DNA from: a virus
Lineage: Duplodnaviria; Caudoviricetes
DNA: 64,000 nt
IMG/VR virus record: IMGVR_UViG_3300017909_001210
Span: 1-64,000 of that record
Direction: 5' to 3' (one strand)
Position 1 is the first letter of the stretch. The number at the start of each line of letters is the position of its first letter. Below the pieces are notes generated by a model. The model was not told the DNA's origin. It searched no databases and was given only the letters and a program-made list of their open reading frames with translations. Positions 39,231-48,554 of the stretch are shown in pieces. The position numbers and the translations under genes were made by a program.

Positions 39231-41219
39231 ATGGCATTTCAAGTATCACCAGGCGTTCAGGTAAACGAGATAGACCTGACAAATGTTGTTCCAGCCGTTT
39301 CATCGACTACAGGTGCATTTGCTGGACAATTCCAATGGGGCCCTGTTGATGAAGTTATAACAGTTTCAGATGCAAAGGGTTTAGTCGATAATTTCTATCA
39401 ACCAGCTAATACTGATGCTGGAGCAGAAGACTTCTATTCAGCAGAAGCATTCCTAAAATATGGTTCTTCACTAAGAGTCGTAAGAATTAACTCATCTGAG
39501 TTAAACAATGCAAATGCATCAAGTGGAACTGCATTACTAAAGAATAATGACGAGTATGTATCTACTTACCAAAATGGTTCACAAAACGGAACAGTTGGTA
39601 ATTGGATTGCAAAATACGCAGGTTCATTAGGTAATTCACTAAAAGTTTCAGTATGTGCGTCATCAGATGCATATTTTAACGATGCAGTGACTACACTTTC
39701 AGGACAAGAATCAGTTGGACAAACAACTATCTCAGTAAATGATTCTTCAGGTATGTTTGTAAGAGATATCGTTAAATTCGCAGGTCACAATACAGAATAT
39801 AGAGTGACTTCAATTCCCGATGGAACTTCAATCGTAGTCGAAGCAATCGGACAACCTGCTGGAACAGGTCTAACTGCAGCTGTAGATTCAGGTGCAAACG
39901 TAGATAGATATTGGGAGTTTTATAACTCTTTCGATAAAGCACCTGCTAAGTCAGGAACAGCAACATCTGCTGGAGGTTCAGACGATGAACTTCATATCGT
40001 AATATCAGACGAAGACGGACTTTTCTCAGGAGTTCAGAACACAATTTTAGAAACTTATGGTTTCGTATCTCTTGCTTCAGATAGTAAAGATAGTCAAGGA
40101 CAATCTAACTACTACAAAAATGTAATTGCAAGAGAATCAGAATACGTTTACTGGTCAGGTCACTCAACAGACTTATTGGACAGTGCAAACGAAGAAAGAA
40201 CACACTTAACATCTGCAACAACAGCTTTCGGAAGACCTTCTGCAGTAATCAACGTATCACTAGGTGGTGGTGTTGACGGAAGAATCCCAACTGCTGGAGA
40301 GAAACATGGTGCATATACAGACCATTTCGGTGATGCAGAAACAATAGACGTTTCATTCTTAATCGTAGGTTCTACAAGAACAGATGATGGTTCAGGAAAT
40401 TCACAAGATATTCTTGCAGACCATAATTCTATCGTAAATAATATCATTCAAATCGCAGAAAACAGAAAAGATTGTATGGTTATTGCTTCACCAAGACGTG
40501 CAAGTGTCGTAGGTGTTTCAAGTGAATCAACACAATCTTCAAATGTTATTGCTGATTTTGCTTCAGTCACTTCTTCCTCATATGCAGTGTTAGACAGTGG
40601 TTGGGTATATCAATACGATAGATACAACGACAAATACTGTTATGTTCCTGCTAACGGACATACATCAGGTATAATGGCAAGGTCAGACTTATTAAGAGAC
40701 CCATGGTTCTCACCTGCTGGTTTCTCAAGAGGTCAATACTTAGGTATTACTAAACTTGCATTTAATCCTTCACAATCATCAAGAGATGACTTATATCGTG
40801 CAAGAATTAACCCAGTATGCACATTCGCAGGTCAAGGAACAGTATTATTCGGTGATAAAACAGCTTTATCATCACCTTCAGCATTCGATAGAATCAATGT
40901 CAGAAGGTTATTCATTGTTCTTGAAAAAGCAATCGCAACTGCTGCTAAATCACAACTCTTTGAATTCAACGATGCATTCACAAGAGCGCAATTTAGAGCT
41001 GCAGTAGAACCTTTCTTAAGAGATGTTAAGAATAGACGTGGATTAGTAGATTTCTCAGTATTATGTGATGAAACAAACAACACTGATACTGTTATAGATA
41101 GAAACGAATTCGTTTGTTCTATCTTTGTGAAACCTGCTAGAAGTATTAACTTTATAACTCTCAACTTTGTCGCAGCCAGAAGTGGTGTAGACTTTGAAGA
41201 GATTTACAGTGCAGTTTAA
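39231..41219 (+). CDS. gp18: Tail sheath protein
   Basis: SPGVQVNEIDLT, FQWGPV, PWFSPAG, RINVRRLFI, FEFND..TR, SINFITLNFVA; late promoter 39185-39192. Confidence 0.97.
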   Translation: MAFQVSPGVQVNEIDLTNVVPAVSSTTGAFAGQFQWGPVDEVITVSDAKGLVDNFYQPANTDAGAEDFYSAEAFLKYGSSLRVVRINSSELNNANASSGTALLKNNDEYVSTYQNGSQNGTVGNWIAKYAGSLGNSLKVSVCASSDAYFNDAVTTLSGQESVGQTTISVNDSSGMFVRDIVKFAGHNTEYRVTSIPDGTSIVVEAIGQPAGTGLTAAVDSGANVDRYWEFYNSFDKAPAKSGTATSAGGSDDELHIVISDEDGLFSGVQNTILETYGFVSLASDSKDSQGQSNYYKNVIARESEYVYWSGHSTDLLDSANEERTHLTSATTAFGRPSAVINVSLGGGVDGRIPTAGEKHGAYTDHFGDAETIDVSFLIVGSTRTDDGSGNSQDILADHNSIVNNIIQIAENRKDCMVIASPRRASVVGVSSESTQSSNVIADFASVTSSSYAVLDSGWVYQYDRYNDKYCYVPANGHTSGIMARSDLLRDPWFSPAGFSRGQYLGITKLAFNPSQSSRDDLYRARINPVCTFAGQGTVLFGDKTALSSPSAFDRINVRRLFIVLEKAIATAAKSQLFEFNDAFTRAQFRAAVEPFLRDVKNRRGLVDFSVLCDETNNTDTVIDRNEFVCSIFVKPARSINFITLNFVAARSGVDFEEIYSAV

Positions 41220-41229
41220 GGAGAACTAA

Positions 41230-41727
41230 ATGGCAAGTATAGACCAATTTAAAGCACAACTTATAGGTGGAGGCCCAAGAGCCAACAGATTTAAAGTTTT
41301 CATTCCAAGAGCTGGAAACAAAATTGAATTCTTGTGCAAAGCTGCTAATATCCCAGCAGGAACTTTAGGAGAAGTTATTGTTCCTTTCAGAGGACATAAC
41401 CTTAAACTTGCTGGAGAAAGAACATTCGAAGATTGGCAGATTACAGTAATCAACGATGTTGAGTTTTCAGTTAGAAGTGGTCTAGAAGCATGGCAAGAAG
41501 AAATTCAAGCATTAGATAGTGGTGAAGGTTCAACCTCTACAGACTATCTTATTTCTAGAGCGTTCGTAGAACAACTTAACAAAGATGACTCCGTCCTTGC
41601 GAGATACGAGTTTTTCAACATGTTCCCTAAAGCAATAGGTGCAATCGAATTAAATTACGATACAGTAGATGCATTAGAGGAATTTACAGTTGACTTTACT
41701 TTTTCTCACTGGGAAAGAGTCCTTTAA
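41230..41727 (+). CDS. gp19: Tail tube protein
   Basis: GG.RANRF, LC.AANIP, PFRG..LK.AG.RTFEDW.ITVIND, EEFTV.F. Confidence 0.95.
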   Translation: MASIDQFKAQLIGGGPRANRFKVFIPRAGNKIEFLCKAANIPAGTLGEVIVPFRGHNLKLAGERTFEDWQITVINDVEFSVRSGLEAWQEEIQALDSGEGSTSTDYLISRAFVEQLNKDDSVLARYEFFNMFPKAIGAIELNYDTVDALEEFTVDFTFSHWERVL

Positions 41728-41770
41728 ATCAAAGTGACATACCCCCTAAAAAGGGAGTATAAATAATAGT

Positions 41771-43306
41771 ATGGAATTATTTGGGTTTGAAATATCCCGT
41801 AAAAGGGAAGAATTAAGAGCAACGGAGGACAAGAACCAAAAGTCCTTTGTGCCACCCGTTGACGATGACGGAACCCCCGTCATTGAACAACAAAGTGGTT
41901 TCATATCAGGTGCAGCCTATGGGTCGTATGTCGATATGGAAGGTGGTATCAAGAATGAGGCAGAACTCATTCGAAGATACCGCGAAACCTCTTTGGTTCC
42001 CGAGTGTGATTCGGCAATCGAAGATATAGTTAATGAGTGTATCACTTCTGACACTTCAGATAAGATAGTATCACTCGACCTCAGAGATGTAAAGCTCTCT
42101 GACAGTATCAAAACTAAGATACAAGAAGAGTTTAATCACATCTTATCTATAATGAAGTTCAATCAGAACTCTCATGAATTATTCAGAAAGTGGTATGTAG
42201 ACGGAAGAATTTACTTCCATAAGGTCGTTGATTCGTCACGACCAAAATTAGGTATTGTAGACCTAAGAAATGTTGACCCGATTAAGATTAAGAAGGTCAG
42301 AAACGTAGAAAAACAGAAAGACCCTAAGACAAAGGTCGACAGAATTAAGAAAATTGAAGAGTTTTATCTTTTCAATGATAAAGGTTTTGACAAGTCTACT
42401 GCAACAGAAGGGACTACAGTCAAAATTGCACCTGAAGCTGTGACATACACAACTTCGGGTTTATTGGATTACACTAAAAATGTTGTAATCGGATATCTGC
42501 ATAAAGCATTGAAGACTGCAAATCAGTTATCAATGATGGAAGATGCACTTGTTATCTATAGGATTTCAAGAGCACCCGAGAGAAGAATTTTCTACATTGA
42601 CGTAGGAAACCTTCCAAAAGCAAAGGCAGAACAGTATCTTGCAGACGTTATGAACCGATACAAGAACAAGTTAGTCTACAATGCAGATACAGGTGAAATC
42701 AAAGATGATAGAAAACATATGAGTATGTTAGAAGATTTTTGGTTACCTAGAAGAGAAGGTGGTAGAGGAACAGAGATTACTACCCTGCCTGGTGGACAAA
42801 ACCTTGCAGATATAGACGATATAGAATACTTTAAGAAGAAACTATATCAGTCATTAAATGTTCCTGCGTCTAGAATGGAAGCAGACAATGGATTCAATAT
42901 GGGTCGTGCTTCAGAGATTTCTAGAGATGAACTTAAGTTTAATAAGTTCACAAACAGACTTCAGAAGAAGTTTGCAAGAGTTTTTACAGATATTCTTAAG
43001 ACTCAATTGGTTCTTAAGGAAATCGTAAGTGGTGAAGAGTTTGATAAAGTCAAAGACTTCATTCAATATGATTATGCAACGGACAACCACTTTACAGAGT
43101 TGAAAGATGCAGAAATCATGAGGGAGAGATTAGATACTCTCTCAAATATTTCTGATTATGTCGGACAATATTACTCAAAAGAATGGGTAAGAAAATATGT
43201 GTTAAGACAATCAGAAGAAGACATTAAATTAATTGATAAACAGATTACCGATGAAGGTGGGTCTGAATCAGATGAAGGAAGTGAAGATGACTTCGGAGGA
43301 TTTTAA
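41771..43306 (+). CDS. gp20: Portal protein
   Basis: WYVDGRIYFH, EDALVIYRISRAPERRIFYIDVGNLPK.KAEQY, EDFWLPRREGGRGTEI.TLPGG. Confidence 0.97.
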   Translation: MELFGFEISRKREELRATEDKNQKSFVPPVDDDGTPVIEQQSGFISGAAYGSYVDMEGGIKNEAELIRRYRETSLVPECDSAIEDIVNECITSDTSDKIVSLDLRDVKLSDSIKTKIQEEFNHILSIMKFNQNSHELFRKWYVDGRIYFHKVVDSSRPKLGIVDLRNVDPIKIKKVRNVEKQKDPKTKVDRIKKIEEFYLFNDKGFDKSTATEGTTVKIAPEAVTYTTSGLLDYTKNVVIGYLHKALKTANQLSMMEDALVIYRISRAPERRIFYIDVGNLPKAKAEQYLADVMNRYKNKLVYNADTGEIKDDRKHMSMLEDFWLPRREGGRGTEITTLPGGQNLADIDDIEYFKKKLYQSLNVPASRMEADNGFNMGRASEISRDELKFNKFTNRLQKKFARVFTDILKTQLVLKEIVSGEEFDKVKDFIQYDYATDNHFTELKDAEIMRERLDTLSNISDYVGQYYSKEWVRKYVLRQSEEDIKLIDKQITDEGGSESDEGSEDDFGGF

Positions 43307-43309
43307 TAA

Positions 43310-43495
43310 ATGAGTAGTGAAATAGCAAAAGAGATAGTAAACTCAATTGAAGCAGGTAAGTTAGATACTGCAAAAGACCAAGTCTTTGACGGAATCAAAC
43401 AGAAAGCTGCAGAAACAATCGATATGAAAAGAGTTGAAATGCAAGTAGATTGGATAAATAAAACTCAAGAAGAACCAACAGGTGAAGCCGAGTAA
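43310..43495 (+). CDS. Small prohead core protein (gp67-like position)
   Basis: 61 aa between portal and protease; synteny only. Confidence 0.55.
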   Translation: MSSEIAKEIVNSIEAGKLDTAKDQVFDGIKQKAAETIDMKRVEMQVDWINKTQEEPTGEAE

Positions 43496-43800
43496 TGAAA
43501 TCCTTTGCAGACATTCAGGTCGAATTACGTGAGGCAAAATTTAAGTTGCCACGTGGTCATAAAGACCTGAAAACTGATGTTGTAAAGATTGGTGGTAAGA
43601 AGATTAATATCTCTTACACTGAATACAGAGGTAAGGTTCATGTATATGTAGATGGACAAGACTTCGGTGGTGCAACATATAAAGACTTAAAGACTGCAGA
43701 GAAAGAAATGAAAGGTATGAAAGATGTCATCAAACAAATGTCAGAAGAAGAGAATATAGACATAGAGGAAATTTTCAATGAAATTAATATCAGAGTTTAA
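43495..43800 (+). CDS. Prohead core protein (gp68-like position)
   Basis: 101 aa, MKSF... start, immediately before gp21. Confidence 0.55.
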   Translation: MKSFADIQVELREAKFKLPRGHKDLKTDVVKIGGKKINISYTEYRGKVHVYVDGQDFGGATYKDLKTAEKEMKGMKDVIKQMSEEENIDIEEIFNEINIRV

Positions 43801-44431
43801 TGACTACAGTGTTTCTCCAATTATTGTAGAGGAGAACGAAAAAGGACAAAAAGAATACTTTATTGAAGGTATCTTCATGCAGTCTGAAATAAAGAACAGA
43901 AATGGACGTGTTTACCCTAAAGAAGTAATGCAAAAAGAGGTAAAACGTTATGTAAAAGAATTCGTTGAGAAAGATAGAGCATTTGGTGAGTTAGGACACC
44001 CTGACGGCCCAACTATCAATCTTGACAAAGTGTCACACTTAATTACCAAATTAGAAGAAGATGGGAACAATTACGTGGGACGTGCAAAGATTTTAAGCAC
44101 ACCCAATGGTCAAATCGTAAGAAATTTGATTGATGATGGTGCTAAATTAGGAGTTTCATCTAGAGGTCTAGGTTCACTAGAACAAAAAGGTGGTTCTCAA
44201 TATGTTAAAGATGACTTTCAACTTGCAACAGCAGGTGATATCGTTGCAGACCCTTCTGCTCCTGAAGCTTTCGTTAACGGAATTATGGAAGGAACAGAGT
44301 GGGTATATGAAAACGGATTATTAACTGCAAGACAAGTAGACGAAATGCAGACTGAAATTAAGAATGCAAAGTCTAATAAGTTGGAAGAAGTCAAATTAAA
44401 CCAATGGAAGAGGTTTGTTGAGAACCTCTAA
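43778..44431 (+). CDS. gp21: Prohead protease
   Basis: IEGIFMQ...NRNGRVYP, GELGHP, LGVSSRGLGS, DIVADPSAP.AFV.GIME. Confidence 0.96.
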   Translation: MKLISEFNDYSVSPIIVEENEKGQKEYFIEGIFMQSEIKNRNGRVYPKEVMQKEVKRYVKEFVEKDRAFGELGHPDGPTINLDKVSHLITKLEEDGNNYVGRAKILSTPNGQIVRNLIDDGAKLGVSSRGLGSLEQKGGSQYVKDDFQLATAGDIVADPSAPEAFVNGIMEGTEWVYENGLLTARQVDEMQTEIKNAKSNKLEEVKLNQWKRFVENL

Positions 44432-44469
44432 CATATAAATAAAAAAGTAAACTCAAACAGGAGAAAAAC

Positions 44470-45825
44470 ATGGCAGAGTTAGAAAAAAACCAAGAAACTG
44501 TTGAAGAAACAGTTGAAGCTATAGAGGAAGGTCAACAACCTAACGCTAAAGCTGAAGATGGTGACAAGAAGCCTGTAAAACAAGGGTCATCTGACGCTGA
44601 GAAAATCGAAAGCGGAAAAGGTGATGTCGTCAAACCTGAAGAAAATCCTGTTGACAAAGCTGTTGCATCAGTAAAAGCTGCTGAGAAAGCTCCTTCAAAT
44701 GAAGGTGACGCTCAGAAGAAAGGTGCAGACAAACCCGAAAAAATGGAAAAAATTAAGAAAGTTTCCGAGGGTGAAGAAGAATCTAAGAAAGATGTTGCAG
44801 AAACATCTAAAATGGAGAACATCAAAGCTATCGTCAACAACATGAAGGAAATGACTAAAGAGGAACTTCAAAAAACTTTTGGTGAAGTATCAGAAGAAGA
44901 AGAAGTTGACGAAAGTTTAACAAAAGCAGAAGTCGCTAGAAAAATTGTTGAAACACTCAAGAAACTTGACGCTGAAGAAGTTGCAAAGATTCGTGAGAAG
45001 TATGAAGACGAGGAAGATGATGACGATGATGACGATAACGACATCGAGGAATCAAAATCTGCTGAACTTGAATCTTCATTAGTGGAGATAGAAGTAGAAG
45101 ACGACCTATCTGCAATCTCAGAAGCACTAGAACTATCAGAAGAGAATCAAGAAAAAGCAAAAACAATCTTCAAAGCTGCAGTGACTTCAAAAGTTGCTGA
45201 AATCAAAGAAGAACTTGAGACTCAGTATTCAGAAGAATTAAAAACCTCAGTAGATAAAGTTAAAGGTGACCTTGCGGAAGCTGTAGACAAATATCTAACA
45301 TATTGTGCAGAAGAGTGGACGAAAGAAAACGAACTCGCAATTGAGAGAGGTTTGAGGTCAGAAATGACTGAAAACTTTATCGAAGGATTAAAAACATTGT
45401 TCGTAGAACACTATGTTGATGTCCCTGAAGATAAGTATAATGTTATTGATGAACTCGCAAATAGACTCGATGAGATGGAAGAGAAACTTGACAGTGAAGT
45501 GTCTAAAAACATGGAAATTGTTGAGGAGAACGACTCTCTCAAGAGAGGTAATGTGATTAGAGAAGCCTGCGAAGACTTAACTGAATCACAAAAAGAGAAA
45601 ATGGAATCACTTGCTAATGGTGTAGACTTTAAAGATATCGAAGACTTTAGTGATAAAGTTAACGAAATCAAAGAAGCTTACTTCCCAACAGAAGGTGAAA
45701 CCATCTCTGAAGAAACAGTAATAGAAGAAGGAACTGGAGAAATCTCAGAAGAGAAAGAACCTGTTCTTGACCCTTCAATTGCAAGATATTCAGAGGCATT
45801 AAGTAAACTAAAACCATTAGGTTAA
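44470..45825 (+). CDS. gp22: Prohead scaffolding protein
   Basis: Acidic; KAKTIF.AAV..KV, YL.Y..EEW..EN.LAIE.GLRSE; late promoter 44434-44441. Confidence 0.9.
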   Translation: MAELEKNQETVEETVEAIEEGQQPNAKAEDGDKKPVKQGSSDAEKIESGKGDVVKPEENPVDKAVASVKAAEKAPSNEGDAQKKGADKPEKMEKIKKVSEGEEESKKDVAETSKMENIKAIVNNMKEMTKEELQKTFGEVSEEEEVDESLTKAEVARKIVETLKKLDAEEVAKIREKYEDEEDDDDDDDNDIEESKSAELESSLVEIEVEDDLSAISEALELSEENQEKAKTIFKAAVTSKVAEIKEELETQYSEELKTSVDKVKGDLAEAVDKYLTYCAEEWTKENELAIERGLRSEMTENFIEGLKTLFVEHYVDVPEDKYNVIDELANRLDEMEEKLDSEVSKNMEIVEENDSLKRGNVIREACEDLTESQKEKMESLANGVDFKDIEDFSDKVNEIKEAYFPTEGETISEETVIEEGTGEISEEKEPVLDPSIARYSEALSKLKPLG

Positions 45826-45842
45826 ATTTAAAGGAATAAAAA

Positions 45843-47144
45843 ATGTTTTTATCAGAAAACTTACAGGAGAAGTGGGAGCCGATTCTAGAACATTCAGATT
45901 TACCAAAAATCGAAGACAACTACAAACGTGCCGTCACAGCTGTTATCCTTGAAAACCAAGAGAAAGCTCTTAACGAAGATAGAGATACTCTTGCAGAAGC
46001 AGCACCTTTAAATTCCACTGGCACAGGTATTTCTAACTGGGATCCGATATTGATTTCATTAGTAAGACGTGCTATGCCAAATCTCGTTGCATACGACATT
46101 TGCGGTGTTCAACCAATGACAGGCCCAACTGGTCTTATCTTTGCTATGAAAGCAAGATATAATGATGACGTAGACGCAGACAGATTGAACAAATCAGAAG
46201 CTCTTCATAACGAAGCTAGAACTGATTACTCAGCATCTGCTCAAACTTCATCAACATCAGTAGGTAGTGACCACTCAGGTGACCCATTCAATGGTTCATA
46301 CGCGTCACAAACTTCAGAGGGTATGTCAACTGCTTCAGCTGAGTCACTAGGTGACGGAAGCGGTTCAGGAAACCATTTTGCTGAAATGGCATTCTCAATT
46401 GAGAAAGCTACAGTGACAGCGAAATCAAGAGCACTTAAAGCGGAATACTCATTAGAACTTGCTCAAGACCTTAAAGCAATCCACGGCCTTGACGCAGAAT
46501 CAGAACTTGCAAACATTCTATCATCAGAAATCCTTGCTGAAATCAACAGGGAAGTTGTAAGAAGTGTTAACAACCAAGCGAAAACTGGTGCAGCTGCTAC
46601 AGCTTCAGCAGGAACTTTCAACTTGGACGTTGATGCAAATGGTAGATGGTCTGTAGAGAAGTTCAAAGGATTATTGTTCCAAATCGAAAGAGAATCAAAC
46701 GTTATTGCTAAAGAAACAAGAAGAGGAAAAGGAAACTTTATTCTTTGTTCTTCTGATGTTGCTTCTGCATTATCAATGGCTGGTGTATTAGATTACGCAC
46801 CTGCTCTTTCAACTAACCTTAACGTTGACGATACTGGTAATACTTTTGCTGGTGTATTAAACGGAAGAGTTAAAGTCTATATAGACCCATATGCGTCTGC
46901 AGACTACTTAACTGTAGGTTATAGAGGTTCAAACCCTTATGACGCTGGATTATTCTATTGCCCATACGTTCCATTACAAATGGTTCGTGCAGTTGGTGAG
47001 AATACTTTCCAACCAAAAATTGGTTTCAAAACAAGATACGGAATGGTATCTAATCCTTTTGTTGGTTCAACACCTTCAGACGGACTTGCTTCAGCAGGAA
47101 CAAACCAATACTACAGAAAATTTGCAGTATCAAACATTCTGTAA
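45843..47144 (+). CDS. gp23: Major capsid protein
   Basis: VRRAMPNLVAYDICGVQPMTGPTGLIFA, KSRALKAEY..ELAQDLKAIHG, YCPYVPL, FQPKIGFKTRYG. Confidence 0.98.
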   Translation: MFLSENLQEKWEPILEHSDLPKIEDNYKRAVTAVILENQEKALNEDRDTLAEAAPLNSTGTGISNWDPILISLVRRAMPNLVAYDICGVQPMTGPTGLIFAMKARYNDDVDADRLNKSEALHNEARTDYSASAQTSSTSVGSDHSGDPFNGSYASQTSEGMSTASAESLGDGSGSGNHFAEMAFSIEKATVTAKSRALKAEYSLELAQDLKAIHGLDAESELANILSSEILAEINREVVRSVNNQAKTGAAATASAGTFNLDVDANGRWSVEKFKGLLFQIERESNVIAKETRRGKGNFILCSSDVASALSMAGVLDYAPALSTNLNVDDTGNTFAGVLNGRVKVYIDPYASADYLTVGYRGSNPYDAGLFYCPYVPLQMVRAVGENTFQPKIGFKTRYGMVSNPFVGSTPSDGLASAGTNQYYRKFAVSNIL

Positions 47145-47163
47145 TCGAATTAAATTTCGGATT

Positions 47164-47191
47164 AAAACCCCTCTTTCGAGGGGTTTTTTTT
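47164..47191 (+). terminator. Rho-independent terminator after gp23
   Basis: AAAACCCCTC-TTTC-GAGGGGTTTT plus further Ts. Confidence 0.9.
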
Positions 47192-47192
47192 G

Positions 47193-47200
47193 TATAAATA
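47193..47200 (+). promoter_or_regulatory. Late promoter TATAAATA driving the riboswitch transcript
   Basis: Exact consensus; predicted +1 at 47206. Confidence 0.8.
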
Positions 47201-47205
47201 ATTCA

Positions 47206-47265
47206 ATCGTTCATTCACTCTAAATGTATCAGTGAACGGAAGTAGGCATGGGGCCGAAGGAACGC
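47206..47265 (+). ncRNA. glnA-type (glutamine-I) riboswitch aptamer
   Basis: ATCGTTC start; P1 CGTTC/GAACG (47208-12/47260-64); P2 TTCACT/AGTGAA; CGGAAGTA; P3 GGC/GCC; GAAG; terminal C. Matches the glnA three-stem/E-loop architecture as recalled. Confidence 0.85.
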
Positions 47266-47297
47266 ATTTTTGTTCAACCTTTAAACGGAGAATGGAA

Positions 47298-47414
47298 ATG
47301 ACAAAGAAAGCTAACCTCAAGTTAGTATATCGTGGTGTTCGTCACAATGGTGAAACCATTAAGTCAAAGCAACAAACCAAAGGTGTATACCGCGGTTCTA
47401 AGTGGGTTGCATAA
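47298..47414 (+). CDS. 38-aa basic peptide with two YRG motifs (DUF4278-like)
   Basis: GGAG RBS 47287-47290, ATG 47298; LVYRGVRH and GVYRGSKW. Confidence 0.75.
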   Translation: MTKKANLKLVYRGVRHNGETIKSKQQTKGVYRGSKWVA

Positions 47415-47492
47415 GACCTATATACTATAGTAGAAGGGGGTTCCTAAAACCCCCGACTACGACATAACACACATACACACAAGGAGGAAATT

Positions 47493-47711
47493 ATGTCAAA
47501 TACAACTAAATCAGGTTACGAAATTCGTGCCGACTTACTATCTCTTGCAGAGAGTGTTATTATCAACAACATTGAGAATGAAAGACAAACCATTTATTCG
47601 TGGAATGATAATCATGCTGATACCAAAAAGGAAATACCTTTGAGGACTTATACTGCTCAAGACGTTATCGAAACTGCAAAACAGTTTAATGACTTCGTAA
47701 ACGAGAAGTAA
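47493..47711 (+). CDS. Small hypothetical protein
   Basis: 72 aa, AAGGAGG RBS; GYEIRADLL..A...DVIETAKQFNDFV pattern seen in phage small proteins. Confidence 0.75.
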   Translation: MSNTTKSGYEIRADLLSLAESVIINNIENERQTIYSWNDNHADTKKEIPLRTYTAQDVIETAKQFNDFVNEK

Positions 47712-47766
47712 TGCATAAATAGTATAGTGGGGTGGAATTATTCACCCCCTTTAGAAGGAACAAATT

Positions 47767-47982
47767 ATGTCAGAATATGCAAAAACAGTGAAAGTGTTAG
47801 AAGGCCCTTGGGAGAAAAGTGCATTCCCAAATGGTATAGAAACAACAGACGTTATCAGTAGAACAATATCTACACGATATATTAAGGACGGATACCTTTG
47901 TGAAGAGGTAGTTCAAAGAGAATATCGTGGTGACGATTATCAAGACACCACAACGTCTAAAAGGATTATAAAACTTGACTGA
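47767..47982 (+). CDS. Small hypothetical protein
   Basis: 71 aa, AAGGA RBS, CATAAATA at 47714-47721. Confidence 0.7.
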   Translation: MSEYAKTVKVLEGPWEKSAFPNGIETTDVISRTISTRYIKDGYLCEEVVQREYRGDDYQDTTTSKRIIKLD

Positions 47983-48511
47983 AATAAACAAATCAATTCT
48001 TAATAAGAATAATTTTAGATTACTAATTGACAAAGTTCCAACAGTGGAATACTATGTGCAATCAGTTAATATCCCAGGCTTGTCATTTACAGAAACAATA
48101 AGTGCAGCTGGTGTAGGACTAGACGCGTTTTTCCCAGGCGATAAAGTGTCATTCGAATCACTAAGTGTATCATTCTTAGTGGACGAAGACCTTGCAAACT
48201 TTAAAGAAATGTATGAATGGATGAATGCAATTGTTCCCGTATCAGACCCAAGTGCATATGAGTCTTACGTAGGGACTAAAAAGACCACTACAGGACTCCT
48301 CAGTGACGTTGAGAACGATTTAAATCAGTATTCCGACATAACTATAGTGGTTAATACCAATAAAAACATACCTAATAAGTTCTTTAGGTTTCACGATGCA
48401 TTCCCTATATCCCTCAGTGGTATAGAACTGCAAAGTGGTGCTGAAACAGACGCTGTTGTTGCAACAGTTGAGTTCAGATTCACATATTACGATATCGAAT
48501 CAACCTCTTAA
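47975..48511 (+). CDS. gp3: Tail completion protein gp3
   Basis: NFRLLIDK.P.VEYYVQSVNIPG, FLVDEDL.N..E.Y.W, F.DAFP.SLS...F.FTYY. Confidence 0.9.
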   Translation: MTEINKSILNKNNFRLLIDKVPTVEYYVQSVNIPGLSFTETISAAGVGLDAFFPGDKVSFESLSVSFLVDEDLANFKEMYEWMNAIVPVSDPSAYESYVGTKKTTTGLLSDVENDLNQYSDITIVVNTNKNIPNKFFRFHDAFPISLSGIELQSGAETDAVVATVEFRFTYYDIESTS

Positions 48512-48554
48512 AACACCTATTAATACTACCATAAATATGGTATAATAGTATATT

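Noticed and set aside
47232-47297. N-terminal extension of the YRG peptide (track ORF 47232)
   Set aside because: The start lies inside the riboswitch P2 stem with no RBS; ATG 47298 has GGAG at 7 nt.
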